Below are positions 28,881 through 41,981 of a stretch of DNA of 64,000 nt, piece after piece. The stretch covers positions 6,634,001 to 6,698,000 of the forward strand of contig OZ234494.1 of assembly GCA_965153455.1 (NCBI GenBank), read 5' to 3'. Each line of letters begins with the position of its first letter. Position 1 is the stretch's first letter. The translations under genes were made by a program, and so were the position numbers. The notes under the pieces are model-generated. The model worked only from the letters and a program-made list of their open reading frames with translations, was not told the origin of the DNA and made no database searches. Origin of the DNA: Sphagnum compactum. Its lineage: Eukaryota.

Positions 28881-29507
28881 GCATAAGGGTCGTCTTCTTT
28901 AGTACAATTTCAAATCAAACACCAACATAAATGAGTCATTCAATCTGGCTAGATTCATATTGTAGTAAGTTGGCCCATCACCACACCCAATTAAAGTATT
29001 GGATTGCAGTGTTATTTGGTGTGCTTGGTTGTATTTTAGGCTCTTTGTTGTTCTAAAAGATATGTAAGGTTGCAAGTTGACCCCTTTTTATGTTAGGGTT
29101 CACGGTCATATATGTGTGTCAACTTTTGGTCTTTTTTTCATTTAGATGTTGGAGATGGTGCACCTGGTCGAAATCTTGTGCCAATTGCTAAGGAGTTGTG
29201 CAAAAAAGTCACTTATCCACTATTTGATTACTAATGGGCCATAATAACCTTCAAAAAGTTTGATTAATGGCACTTAGAAATTATCACATTAAAAATAAAA
29301 TTAAAGCCTTGTAAAAACTTGAAGGAGTCTTTGTTTTGGTATTTGATCCTCCATAGCATCATCATGATGTGTGAATTTTTGGACTTGGTTCTACTCTCCA
29401 AATAACACTTGCGATTCTTGTTAACATAATTTGTTACATGTGGGGGATGACCGTTGGATCTATCCTTTGGGGTCCATAATTTGTGAAAATGTGAACCTAT
29501 ATATTGA

Positions 29508-29808
29508 GTAGCCCTTTTTTTATTGGTCAAATTTTGTCAAAAAATGAAATTCAAAACTCAAAAATCCATTGATTTTGGAGTTTTTGAATTGCCATAAATG
29601 AAAAAAAATAGTAGAGATGACCAAATTTCTATACTTGGTTTTCACTATGTAGCAAAAATATAGATAGATGATTAAAGATTTGTATTTCACATTTGGTTTG
29701 TAGCCATATTTGGCTAAATCTTACTAGAGATGATCGCTAGCCATGTTTTCTACATCTTCCTATGGATGATCACTTTGGCTACAAATAAAAACTCTTAAAA
29801 AAACACTG
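29508..29808 (+). mobile_element. Related hAT-type MITE family copy
   Basis: GTTTGTAGCCATATTTGGCTAAATC..ATGGATGATCACTTTGGCTAC, ending AAAAAAACACTG. Further diverged copies near 6500-6690 and 32000-32150. Confidence 0.55.
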
Positions 29809-30598
29809 CTACTAAGCTTAGTACAATTTTTTTATAAAGGATAGTTATGCTTTGCTTGGCCAAATATGGAATAGATAAATACAGGTGAATGCCCTCTTAC
29901 CCACTCTAGTGGTAATCATCAAGCTATCCATATGTAGGAACCTTTACCCTTCTTTCAAGGGGAAAAAAGAGGGGAAGAATGGGCAACCATAACCCTCCTT
30001 TTGGTTGTTGTTAAAAAGTGCCCACTTAAGGGGAAAGTGTCAAAAAAAGGTATTTACCTTTAGAGGGTGTAGAATCCTTCAAGTCATGTGTGGCTTTCTA
30101 TCAATCTTCTTATGCCTTGATGCATGTCCTTATTCATTAGGTCATGATTGATTGACAAAGAAAGAGAGAGCCTATGTGTCATTCTTCTCACATCTTGATG
30201 CAACTTTACCCAACTCTTGGTTAGTCACCAATGATATTATTTCTACAACCATGGCTAGGTTGGTCTATTGTAGCCTTGATCATACCAACTTTGAACACAT
30301 CATGAGGTATCAAATTTTGTATGTTGGAATGTTCTGCAAACTCACATGCACATTGGTTGTTCATGATATGGCTTTAACTAGTTGTGAACAATAAATTGAG
30401 TTTTATAGCAAATTATTGATTGGCTGAAACTTTGACTCAGGGGTACTTGTTGTAGTAGTGGAAGGTCAATTGTGACTTGTGACTAGTATTCAATTGGGAT
30501 GATAGATATCCTCCACATCTAGGTTGTTGAAAGGGCCCATCAAACCTAAATACTAGGTAGTACAACTTTTACATACCCAAGTTGTTGTATGGTTATCA

Positions 30599-30875
30599 TT
30601 TTTGAGGTTTTATCAAATTTTTGGGTTTTAAATTTTTTTTTACAATTTGTGAGTTGATGTTTTCTAGCCTAGGATAGCCTCAAGTGTCTAATTTTTGAGG
30701 TTTTATCAAATTTTTGGGTTAAATTTTTTTTTTACAATTTGTGAGTTGATGTTTCTAGCCTAGGATAGCCTCAAGTGGCTAATTTTTGAGGTTTTATCAA
30801 ATTTTTGGGTTAAAATGTTTTTTTTTACAATTTTTGAGTTGATGTTTTCTAGCCTAGGATAGCCTCAAGTGGCTA
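30599..30875 (+). repeat. Tandem triplication of a unit of about 91 bp
   Basis: TTTTGAGGTTTTATCAAATTTTTGGGTT...CTAGCCTAGGATAGCCTCAAGTG is present three times (about 30599, 30691, 30781). Confidence 0.95.
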
Positions 30876-33800
30876 TGTATTACATTCTAACCAAGAAAAT
30901 ATATTGTTTGCTTGATAACAATAGAGCTTCAATTTGAAAAGATAATATTAAATGATAATTGAATTTATAGGCAGCCCAAAAATTATGGGGTTTTTTTTTT
31001 TGTTTTGAAGGAACTTTCATTCTAGGGGGTTAACTTCTTGGGAAGCAAGTTGTACAAAATTTTATTTTCAGATTTTAAAGTCTTGCTTCATGACATTCAA
31101 GCCACTCAACTCCAAAGATGTACAAGGAATTACAAAATATTTAAAATTGTGATTTAAAAAATAATTCCAATGACCAAAAATTACTCAAAATTCAATATCT
31201 CCGCAAACTTAGATCTAAAAATTAGGAAATCACTTCTAAGAAAAATCCACCCAATGAGGGGATTTCCAATAGTACCAAAAGTGCATCGCTATTCCCCTAA
31301 ATTGTTTTGGTTTGATTTCTTGAATTTTGAATTAAAAATTTATTTATTATCCAATAGCTCTTACACAATAACAAGTTTCAACAAGATGAAACAACCTTGG
31401 GGCACACGACTTAACGACTTTTGTAATAAATAGATGTGAAATCAGAGGCTTCAATTCAAACAAAGGAAAACGAGTTTTTTTTTGGGGCTTGTTGGTCTTT
31501 TTGTCCCTTACATTATGTGAGATTTAGTCTTCAATTTCAATTTGAACAAGGAAATGGGAACTTCTTTGCTTGTGGGTGCTAGCTAGTCTTTTACAATTTG
31601 TGAGATTTAGGCTTCAAATTCCAACAAGGAAGTGCAATTGCTTTGCTTGTTGGTTTCATTTTTCCTAGGTGTGGATTATTTGCATACCATTACACTTTCT
31701 GTACCTTGAATTGCACTTTGATCTTGATGTCTAATTCACCCAAAAATGGTGTGCATCCAAAACACTTCACTTTTATGGGGTTTGAAAATAAAGGATTTAA
31801 GTGGAGATTAGGGTACATGCATGTTGAGGTATAGGTAATTAATTTATAGCAAAGTTCAAACCTAATGCCTTTGCACATAGTAAGCCATGTTTTTTTTCCC
31901 CCCCCAATTTTTACCTGAAGTTGCCATGGTCCATGAGAAGAGTTAAAACATTTCCCAAAAATTTGTCAATTCAAAAGACTGAAAAACATTGATTTTTTTT
32001 CATTTAGGCCAAAGTGGCAATCAACCATAAGAAGATTTAGCCAATGCTTGGAAAGAAGATATGAAAATAAAGAAATAGAAGGATCCCAAGGTTATCATCT
32101 AGAGCCTAATATACAAATCTAGTGATTACTTTTTGCTTAATAAGAAAATCACAGGATTATTTTATTCTAGCAATAAAAACCCCAAAAAACATTGAATTTT
32201 TTTTCCCCTTTTAATTATTTTCCAACTAGCACAAAATTGTTCAAACAAAAATTTGGGAATGAATATATTATTGGCATAGTTAAATAACATAAACTTTTGC
32301 TTTTGCTAAAGAAAACTAAGTGTGAGGCTTGTGAAGAAAAGCACAAAGGCTTTGTAAGTCCAAGATTGTGTTTTACTTTTGCAAAAATATAAGAGTTTTT
32401 GAAGCTTGAAAAAGATGATCATGAGAAATTTTGTAAATTGATCTTACCACAAACAAATGGATACCATAATACCATGGTAGCAAGTTCAACATTTCAGTAT
32501 CCAAAAAATATTTTATTTTGAAAATTCCCATTTGAAAAATAGAATAGTTCAGATTGTTCTAAAAGATTTTACTTTTCCTTAGCAAGTTTTTTTCTTTGAA
32601 AAAAATATTTTTGAAAATAATGTAATTAGTGTCAAAGTACAGCAGTGAATGTTGGAGCTACTTCACAAAAGTAAAATAAAATTATGGGTTCTCAAATACC
32701 TTAGTCTTTTTATTAGCCCTTGATGAACCTTAACATTGGTGGTTGGAGATAATTGGATGGTTACTCAAGAATTCAAATATTTTCCATTACTTAGGTAATT
32801 AGGCTAGTTCAACACTAATTATATTATTTTAGGAATGTTGCAATTTTTTTAAAAATAATTTCCAAATCTATTATTTGAGGAGGAAAATGTAAAATCTAAT
32901 TGAATATTCAAGAACATATCATTTTTCAAAATGGAATTCCCAAAATTAATTAATTATTTGACAAACGCACGTCGAAGTGATCAAAGTACTACAATATTTA
33001 GACAAGGATAAGCAAAAGGATAGGGAGTTACGCATAGGGGGGTTGCACCTCTAATTGTGCATCTTTCCACACCTTTAGCTCCTTCATGTGCCTCCTACAA
33101 ATGCTTGGTCACTTGAAGCAAAATTTAATTAGGTCCGAATGAGAAGAAATTGGATGCAAAAACCCTTTTTGTGAATCCAGTAAAAGTTACTATATTTGAC
33201 AAAAATGCCCAGCCTTCACAATCTACAATATTACACATAGCCACTACTAAATTCTAATCCAAAAAGAAAATAAAGGTCCACAATTTTTTAAAAAGGAAAT
33301 TAAAAATTCAACTTTCAATGCAATGCACGATGGAATTGAATGTAAAATTTCCCATTGATGACTCATGAGCTTTAGACATGTGGACTTTTACATCCTTGGT
33401 GCTCAAGTATATCAACTTAGAATTTTTTTGAAAAGGATATTGTGAAATCTGTTTCAACTTTTTCACTTCATTGACATTTTGCATCCGCCCCCTATAACAT
33501 CATCATACTTTGCGGTTTTGACATTGTCATACTTTGTAGTTTTGTGTGCGGGCACCCTTCTTTATTTGGGTATTTTTCTCCATTTGAATTTGGTTGACAA
33601 ATCTCATCATCAAACCAAACAAAAAAAAAAAAGAATCCTTGAAGTTGAATTCATGTTCACACAATTTTAGACACTACATACGTGTTACATTGACCATGGT
33701 TCGCATCATTTCGTTGTGAAACCTCACACTTGATATTTTTTTTCCTTTTCCCCTTTTGTTAGTACATGTGGTTGGCCATGAGAAGCATAAGAATCCATGT

Positions 33801-34299
33801 AGATAGTGCCCTTCATGTGGGAATTATGGTCACTTGTAAATGACAAGTTGGGATCATGGGTGGGGAGTTAAGACAAACACCTAAAGAGTGGTCAACAAAC
33901 ATTTGTATACTTTCTAAACCACCTCAAAAGTGTCATGAGTGTACATTTATGTACAAAAGCTTGATTTTTGTTAACTTTGTTGTTGTTGTTGTTGTTGTAT
34001 GAACCTATTAACTCTAGTGTGGAAATGGTCCAAAACAAAAGGGTTGATTTATATGGGAAACTATAGCCGTTTCAAAAGTTGAACTTGTTTGGCTATTGAT
34101 CAACTTTTGCTTTTCCATTTTATTTGATAATTGCCAAATTGCATTATAGTAATGCAACACCCCTCCCGTATATGTTTTTGGATATGGACACACATACATC
34201 ATAGTAGTTCCAAAAAGCTTGGGAGTTTGAAAGTTCAGATTTTCCAAAAAAAATGTTCCAAAAGTTCAAAAATTCAAACAAATTTAACAAATATATTCC

Positions 34300-36450
34300 A
34301 ATATGCAAAGGATGTAAAAAGGTTTCAAGAGCATGTAAAACAATTGTTTTCATTTTAGGTGTGGGCACATTTGTGGGCATAACTTTCAAGCGGGCTCCGA
34401 GGTAAGTACCTTACAAATCTACATGGTCGCCTTAGTAATAGTTTCCTTTCAGATTAAGTTAATATTTTACATAGAAGAGAAGGGTAGTGACCGAAGGCAT
34501 TTGTTGAAGGGGACAGGAAACTAGGGCTCTCATTGTCATTTTTGAGGCCTTCAAACAGATGATGGCCTTCCCCTATACCAAAAAATAAAAACCCAATTTT
34601 TTTTATAGTAGGTCCAAATGTTGATTGCATTTCATTAAAAGGGTATACTTGAGTTGTTTCAAGAACATGAAACAAATATTTTTCATATCAAAAAATTGGA
34701 TATGTAACTCACAACTACATGCCTTTCCTCTATTCAAAAAAAAAAAACATTTTGTTTTCATGCTAGGTCCAAATGTTGATTACATTTCAATAAAAAGTTG
34801 ATAAAGTTGTTTCAAAAGCATGAACCAAATATTATTTGTATCAAGAAATTGAATACCTAATTCATAGTTGGGTCCATTCATGATTGGGGTGTGTAGGTTT
34901 TAAAGCAATAGAAAGGACAACTTTGAATTTTTTTCTATTTGCATCATTATGATTATATTAGATTTTTTTATGCCAATAGATAAAATGAAGTTGTGTTAAA
35001 TCAATAAAGAAACATTAAAAAATTTGGACATTATATGTATGTCCTTTTGATTCCTTTAAACCTAATTACATCAATTGTCTAAACTACATTTCTTTATAAA
35101 ATGAATCAAAAGGAACGCATTAAAAATTGCAATTGATGTCAAATTTTTTTAATGGACAAATAATGCTTATACCTATGTTTAGCCATGTTCATTGCATGCA
35201 TTTGACTATATTAAAAACCATATGAAATTTTTGAAAGTAACAAAATTCAATCTTTGAGGCTATAAGGGAAAGGATTTCTTTTTGGGGCCATTTGGTTGAT
35301 TTTTTATATTCACTAGGCTTAAGATTATAACTTGAAGTGTGGGTCACACGTGTAAGAAATAATCATTCAAAAAAAAAAGTGAAATTGTTTATAAATGTTT
35401 ATTTAAACATTTTTTGCATTTTAAAGCTTAAACCAAGGTTTAAATGCACACCAATGTATATCACATGAAAAAAATCATCACCATCACATGAATTATCTTA
35501 ATTTAGACTATTCTAATTTTCTCAATCAAATTTGTCTTGTGTAAATGTTATTTGTAGAAACTAGTGTAAAACAAGTCTTAATTTGGTTTTTCCTTTTTTT
35601 GGAACCCCAACCATGATTGGGCCCAACTATATGTCTTTTCCTTATAAAAAAACAACACAAATTTTTCAAAGTAGGTCCAAATGTTAATGGGTGCAAACAT
35701 GATAAAAGGAGCCATGGTCGCTTCCTTATCCATTGTTCATTCTTGAAATATTTCAATAAAAATTATTTTAAAATAAGTAAAATGATTTATTATGTTAAGG
35801 TTTGTATCACAATATGTCATTTAAAAAAAAAATCAAGTTTTTTTATAAATTTTTTATTACTTAAAAATTATTGGTTACAATGTTTTTAAATGATCAAACA
35901 TTGATTACACTTGTGGCGATGTGACTCCTATTAATGTGATCACACCTCGATTCCATTTCAGGTAAAGAGTGTAAAGGTTTCAAAACCATAAAACAACTAA
36001 ATTTTTCATATCTAGAAAATATTAAATACATAACCTGCAACTATATATGCCCAGCCTCCATACAAAAAATAACCCAATTTTTTTTATAATACCAAATGTT
36101 GATTCCATTTCATGAAAAGGGTGTAAAGGTTTCAGGAGCATAAAAAAACTAAAATTTGCATATCTGGCAAGTATTAAATAGCAACCTGCACCTACATGCC
36201 CAAGCCCATACAAAAAACAACCCAATTTTCTTTATAATAACAAATGTTGATTCCATTTCACCAAAAGAATGTAAAGGTTTCAAGAGCATAAAAAAGCTAT
36301 ATTAAATACGTACCTGCAGCTATATATGCCCAATCCCCCATACCAAAAAAACCCAATTTTCTTTGTAATATCAAATGTTGATTCCATTTCACCAAAGCTA
36401 AATTTTTCATATCCAAATATTAAATACCTAACCCACAACTATTTCCCTAT
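34300..36450 (+). repeat. Clustered, diverged repeat units of about 120-150 bp upstream of GPAT (probable TE internal array)
   Basis: ACCCAATTTT..CCAAATGTTGATTCCATTTCA..AAAGGGTGTAAAGGTTTCAAGAGCATAAAA recurs at about 34590, 34760, 35950, 36070, 36220 and 36350. Confidence 0.8.
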
Positions 36451-37079
36451 CATATGATTTCTCTAGTGTATCTAACGAGCACCTTGAAAAGCATAAAATC
36501 CCATTGGGCTTTTCGAAAACCGAAAGTTTTGCTTCTGTGGGCATTTTGTTTTCCTAATGCCAGGCATTCTTTTTTTTCCTCTTGTGATACACAACAGGTA
36601 TCATGGGGGGGAAAATACGAGGTCACTCTTTACGCTCAATAGAGCATGCATGCATGCGAGGGCATTACTGAAATTGGGCAGCACTTGACTGCTGCCCCAT
36701 GCAGGCCCTTATTTTGGTAATGCCCTCACCCTTGTGCTTAACCTTACACTAATATGAATATATGTAACCCAACTCAAGGGTCAAGGGGGAGGGGGTGTGG
36801 GTGGGTGAGTGAGTGAGTGTGGGGTTGAATTTGGAGGAGTATGAGTAGCAAGCACATGGCATGTAGTGGATGGGATCTCAGAAATTGGATTTTGGATTTG
36901 GACACATTGTTTCTGGAAGGGGTTAAAGATGTGGAAAGTAAAAAAGAGAGAGAAAAGAAAGCCAGAAATGAAGAGAAAAAGAAAAAAGAAAAAAGAAAAA
37001 AGCAGGGGGAGAGGAGGAAAGGGGTGTGGAATTTGGACGGTAGTAAAATCTCGTGTTGTTTATGCAGCAGGGGGGGGAA

Positions 37080-37400
37080 AATCTGGGCCCATTCCAGCGC
37101 AGAATGTGTAGCTATTTCTGCCTAGCCGCAGCTGTTTATTTTCACGTTTGAGTCGCCACCTTGCTCGTCCACACTCTCTCTCTCCCTCGCGTCTCTCTCT
37201 CCCTCCCGTCCGTCCTCGCTGGTCTCTGTCTTGGCAATCGTATGTTGTGGGTTTTGTGATTTGGAAATCCAATCCGCAAGTAATATCAAGCGTCAACGCT
37301 CGACAACAACAAACAAACAATTAGCTCACAGAACGAAAGATCAGTTCAACACTCCTAATGTGTGTGTATATATATATATTCAAGCTACTGTGGTGCAGGA
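37080..37400 (+). promoter_or_regulatory. Probable GPAT core promoter / 5' UTR region
   Basis: Rise in GC and CpG content, TGGGCC (site II-like) at about 37084, CT-rich Y-patch at 37170-37210 and a TATATA run at about 37366-37379. The TSS cannot be determined. Confidence 0.4.
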
Positions 37401-37673
37401 TCCGACTAATCTCCACCCATCACAAGAGATTGCAGCAAGCTTAAGAAGTTCTAATTAGAGATGTAACTTAATTCGATTGATTCATAGCTTTTGTTTGTTC
37501 TTCTTTAGATTCAGTCCACAGTAAGTCTCCGATTCCGTTTTCCATTTGTTTTTGCAGTTTCTTGTGTTGTACACTAGTATTCACGAGAACGTCTTGTGGT
37601 GGTGGTGGTGGTGGTGGCTTTTGTCCGTCTTCCAAGCTAGCTAGCTAGGGCCTTATTAGAACGGATCGGCATC

Positions 37674-38564
37674 ATGGGTAAGCAGCAGCTGGAGCACAGC
37701 TTACCGGCTTTGATCCAGTCCATGTTGTGGCATTTTCAACAAGCCTGGGCATCACGGCGGCCTTGGATCAAGCAGCCCAGTAGTACTGTCCTCATGGCAG
37801 CTTCCAAAACTGCAGCAGCAATTACTGTACTACCTGCGCCACAAGAGTCGCAGCCTGCACCGTTCCAGCTCCTCAACTACGACTCATGCAGCAGTCATCT
37901 GCTGGCGCATCATCGACATGATCAGTCCCGTGGTGCAACTCCGTCTACACTTCCCTTCCCTACAATCGACAGTTGCAGTTTAAACAACCGTGAAATGCAG
38001 ACCGTAGTGGCGGATTTGGATGGCACACTGCTACGATCCAGCAGCTCATTCCCTTACTTCATGCTCATCGCTTTCGAAGCCGGCAGTCCTCTCCGTGCCC
38101 TCCTTCTCCTGCTAATCTCTCCACTGGTTTACATTCTTTACCATTTCATCTCCGAAGCTGCCGGGATTAGCTTGCTCATCTTTGTCTCCTGCGCTGGACT
38201 CAAAGTCTCGGCCATCGAGTCCGCGGCCAGAGCCGTGCTGCCCAAATTCTACCTCGAAGACATGCATCCCGTGAGCTACAAGCTGTTTACTGCTTGCGCT
38301 CATCGTTACGTGGTGACGGCTAATCCTAGAATCATGGTGGAGCCCTTTCTGAAGGATTATCTGGGCGTGGACGCCGTGATGGGCACCGAGATTCAAGTCT
38401 CCAAATCCGGCTATGCCACCGGCTTCGTCACTGCTCCTGGTGTGCTTGTGGGCGCCCACAAGGAGCATGCTGTGAAGAAAAACTTCGGTACTGGTGCAGA
38501 CGACGCTCCTGATGTAGCACTTGGTGATCGACCCACGGATTACCCTTTCATGAGACTGTGCAAA
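37674..38564 (+). CDS. GPAT: sn-2 glycerol-3-phosphate acyltransferase (GPAT4/6/8-like, bifunctional acyltransferase/phosphatase), exon 1
   Basis: ORF from ATG 37674. Contains HAD motif I (VADLDGTLL), [37 protein letters not shown] and motif III region (K...[10 protein letters not shown]). Phase-0 donor AAA|GTAAGC at 38564/38565 after 297 codons (LCK). The start codon could be a downstream Met. Confidence 0.95.
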
Positions 38565-38745
38565 GTAAGCCGAATACAATCCATCTGGAATATTCCCTTG
38601 CAGCAATCCTTGATCTGGATTTCGTCTTTGGTGCATTTGCATGCTCCAACAGGTCACGAAGATCTATAGGAATCAAAATCTAGAAGCATGGTTAGGTGCC
38701 TGCATTGGCGAATTCATGTGTTTTTCTTCTTGTTGTTGAATGCAG
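38565..38745 (+). other. GT-AG intron (181 bp) of the GPAT gene
   Basis: GTAAGC donor, T-rich tract and TGCAG acceptor. Splicing gives LCK|EAY, the usual junction in plant sn-2 GPATs. Confidence 0.92.
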
Positions 38746-39705
38746 GAAGCGTACATGGTTGTGGGTGGCAAGGATGTGGAGGCAGTGCCAAAGGAAGAGT
38801 ATCTGAAGCCATTGATCTTCCATGACGGTCGTCTAGCGTGTCGTCCCACTCCTTTGATGTGCATGGCGGTGATTCTGTGGACACCCATAGGACTACCGCT
38901 TGCAATTCTTCGAGTTTCCTTGGGTATTCTGTTCCACCCACGATGGAAGTTGTCGGCTCTGCGCTTTCTAGGCGTGGTTGTACATGTCAAAGGAACTCCA
39001 CCACCTTGTCCTGGAGCTACTGGTAGTAGTGATGCTAGTACTACTATCAGTAGCAGCAGCGGCCGCGGGGGGGGAGTTTTGTTTGTGTGCTCTCACCGGA
39101 CTTTACTTGATCCCTTGTTTGTCTCTTTTGTACTGAGAAGGCCTGTGACAGCAGTAACCTACAGCATCAGCCGAGTTTCAGAATGGTTATCACCCATCAA
39201 GACAGTGAGATTGACGCGGAACCGCAGCTTCGATGCCAACACCATGTCAACGCTCTTGAACGAGGGAGACTTGGTGGTTTGTCCAGAAGGGACCACTTGT
39301 CGGGAGCCGTTTCTGCTTCGTTTCAGTGCCTTGTTTGCTGAGCTGGCGGATCAAATCGTCCCAGTAGCCATGAATATCAGAATCACCATGTTCCATGGCA
39401 CCACTGCTCGCGGCTGGAAAGGCTTAGACCCGTTCTTTTTCTTCATGAACCCCAGACCCACTTACGAGGTCCGCTTCCTGGACAAGTTGCCCTTGGAGCT
39501 CACCTGTCTCTCCGGTGCTAAGACCAGCCACCAAGTGGCTAATTACATCCAGGAGACACTGGCAAATTCCCTGGGCTTTCAATGTACAAATCTCACTCGC
39601 AAAGACAAGTACATGGTGTTGGCAGGGAACGATGGTGTGGTGCAGCAGCAGCAACAGCCGGATCAAAGATCCAAGCTGCTGCAGCACTCATGCAGCAACA
39701 CTTGA
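38746..39705 (+). CDS. GPAT: GPAT exon 2 (PlsC acyltransferase domain); spliced protein 616 aa
   Basis: PLIFHDGRL, catalytic HxxxxD (SHRTLLDP), [68 protein letters not shown] stop ends at 39705. Confidence 0.96.
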   Translation, partial: EAYMVVGGKDVEAVPKEEYLKPLIFHDGRLACRPTPLMCMAVILWTPIGLPLAILRVSLGILFHPRWKLSALRFLGVVVHVKGTPPPCPGATGSSDASTTISSSSGRGGGVLFVCSHRTLLDPLFVSFVLRRPVTAVTYSISRVSEWLSPIKTVRLTRNRSFDANTMSTLLNEGDLVVCPEGTTCREPFLLRFSALFAELADQIVPVAMNIRITMFHGTTARGWKGLDPFFFFMNPRPTYEVRFLDKLPLELTCLSGAKTSHQVANYIQETLANSLGFQCTNLTRKDKYMVLAGNDGVVQQQQQPDQRSKLLQHSCSNT

Positions 39706-41252
39706 GAGAGATCATAAATCTACTAAGTCTAGTCTACTAATTACCACAACTGCAGCTCTGGCTGCAGCTAGCTTAGCAGGGTGCTGCTAGATTAATCAAA
39801 CTCAGAATTAATAATCAAACACTCAGATCTTAATCTAGATTAGAGATCTCAATACAAATTACAGTGCCAGGCCGCTCATGAATTACTGATCAATAACATG
39901 AGGCCTGCAGGTATAGAATATTATATATGAGTAGAATTAATTCCAGGATCACCAGCTGCAATAGATCATATATATTAACTATATAACTTAGCTAGTTTGT
40001 GCCGGAATTAAGGAAATTTTTTAGCAGTAGTAAACTTAATATACTTACAAAATGAATTTATTGGGCCTGCTCATCATTTCACACATATATGAAGCACAGT
40101 GATATATAGCTGGCTGGTTACACATGAAAGATCAGTGCAGGCATCAATGAGTGAAGTCTAACGTCTGATCTCCAAATCTCTGTCTTGATGTAAATATTAT
40201 CCTAAGACTTTCTCTTTTTCAGATGGATTTAATTTGTCAATTTTGGAGGTTAATAATCATAGTGTTGATGATTCTCAATTTGGAGAATCAATCACTGATC
40301 ATACTGCATGTATGAGTCTGGTCTAGAGATCATTCATGACTAATTCAGGCCCAGCTCCAAGGTTTGATGATGCCAACCAGCACTTCCAGGAGATTCATTA
40401 TAAACTTGTATCGCCAGTTGATCATATTAGTGTAGGCTTGGGGGAGACCACTTGGGCTTTACAAGTAGGCACAAGTGTGGTACTTCTAGATTGATTTTTG
40501 CATTTAATTTCTCCACAGTCGACACATCTAGTTGTACATGGTACAAATTACAATCTAATTTTCTTAGTAGTTTTCACTATTTTTTGGTTTCACAAATTTT
40601 GTATGTGTACAACAGTGTTTACAGTGGGGATCTGTCTAGTCCCAGGGCATAAATCTTGAGACATTCAAGGACCAAATTCTGGCCTGTATTGAGCTCAATG
40701 TGAGGGTTGGGGATTTTTGTTCTAAGACTTGACACCCATCATGCACTGGCTTTTTGACATGTTTTTGCACATCTGAGATGAAAATTTTCATATTCTGTAG
40801 CTTGACTATCAGATGTGCACCTAGGAGCTCTGCGTCAATTCTTGTGCAGTTCACAACCAAAAACTTCTGTCCACTTAATTTCCAGAGTTTTGAAATCCAT
40901 GATGTTGATATGAACTACAGTTGGGAAGTAGTGCTCGCCATGATGTGGAAATTAAGTGCTCCCAACCTACAAACAGTGCACAGTTTATTACACCATTTAT
41001 CATCTTGTACCCCCATGGAACTGTCATGTCCAAGTCATTCTTCAAGAGTTCTTGTCCTTCTAGTTGTTGGTCTCCTCAATATTGCACTCTTTTGTACCTG
41101 GCTATGTGCACCTGTTGAATGTTGAATGTTCTGGCTTACCTACCTTCCTAATACCTCTATTGTACCACTGAAGTTCCATCACTTTGCAACAACATATTGC
41201 TATCAAATAAACTAAGTGGCACTGGTGGTTGTAATTTGGCCAATCTCAACCC

Positions 41253-41400
41253 TTAACACCTGAACAGTAGGGCGGACTGCTTTTCAGTGTATTTTTTGCC
41301 CCCTTTTTTACTTTTAGGGGTTAACGCATAAACATCAGGGAAAAGCAAAAATACACTGAAAAGCAGACCAAATTGGTCCATCTTGACGTTTAGAGGTGAA
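41253..41400. mobile_element. Small hairpin/MITE-like element
   Basis: CTGCTTTTCAGTGTATTTTTTGC (41277-41299) pairs with GCAAAAATACACTGAAAAGCAG (41345-41366). Weaker outer arms TTAACACCTGAAC / GTTTAGAGGTGAA. Confidence 0.6.
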
Positions 41401-41981
41401 GAGCCTAAACCATTATTACAATCATTTTACCTTTATTCAAAGCCTTAGGTAGATGTATGGTCCAATTTATTCATCTATGAATTATGAGATGAGAAATCTA
41501 ACTGTTGAATGCAAAGTTTACACAATCAGAATTCTTTATAAAAATTTGAGCCAAAATCAAACAAGGGATGCTGAGAGAAAAAACCAGATTAAGCTCTTAC
41601 AGGACCAGGCAAGTGCTGTCCAAGGTTGGATCTGAGGCTTCAACAGTGTACAGCACTCACAGTCCTCAAAAGTGAAACAGCATCAAACTCCTTGTGCCAT
41701 TGTGTGTACTTGATATTTTTAGACGGCCTGCACACGGAGCTCTTGCAAAGGAATATTAATTAGTATTCAAAGCATCTTAGTTGCTTCCTGGACTTTCCTT
41801 AATCACAAACAACTATGGCTATATGGGTGGAGCTGAAAAAACAAAAGGATGTGTGGACTATTTACATGACTTTTTAGCAATCTGACATCGGTTTTCTACT
41901 TGCTGGACAAAAGAATTGTTATCTTTGAATCAAAATAGGTACCACATAAGTGGAGCCGAAAGTGACCGGACTGGACCTACT

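Noticed and set aside
29900..30560. Possible LINE ORF1 relic on the minus strand (VHVSLQNIP...)
   Set aside because: One weak motif only, which is not enough to call.
36841..37125. Lys/Arg-rich 94-aa ORF upstream of GPAT
   Set aside because: Produced by a purine-rich (GAAAA) low-complexity promoter tract.
38565..38669. C-terminus of the 331-aa ORF (VSRIQSIW...)
   Set aside because: Intron read-through past the conserved donor site.
38112..39790. Antisense or alternative-frame ORFs over GPAT (181, 105, 87, 91 aa)
   Set aside because: Shadows of a GC-rich coding sequence with no recognisable domains.
40636..41125. 123-aa and overlapping ORFs downstream of GPAT
   Set aside because: Non-ATG start, no domain similarity and no convincing splice structure.
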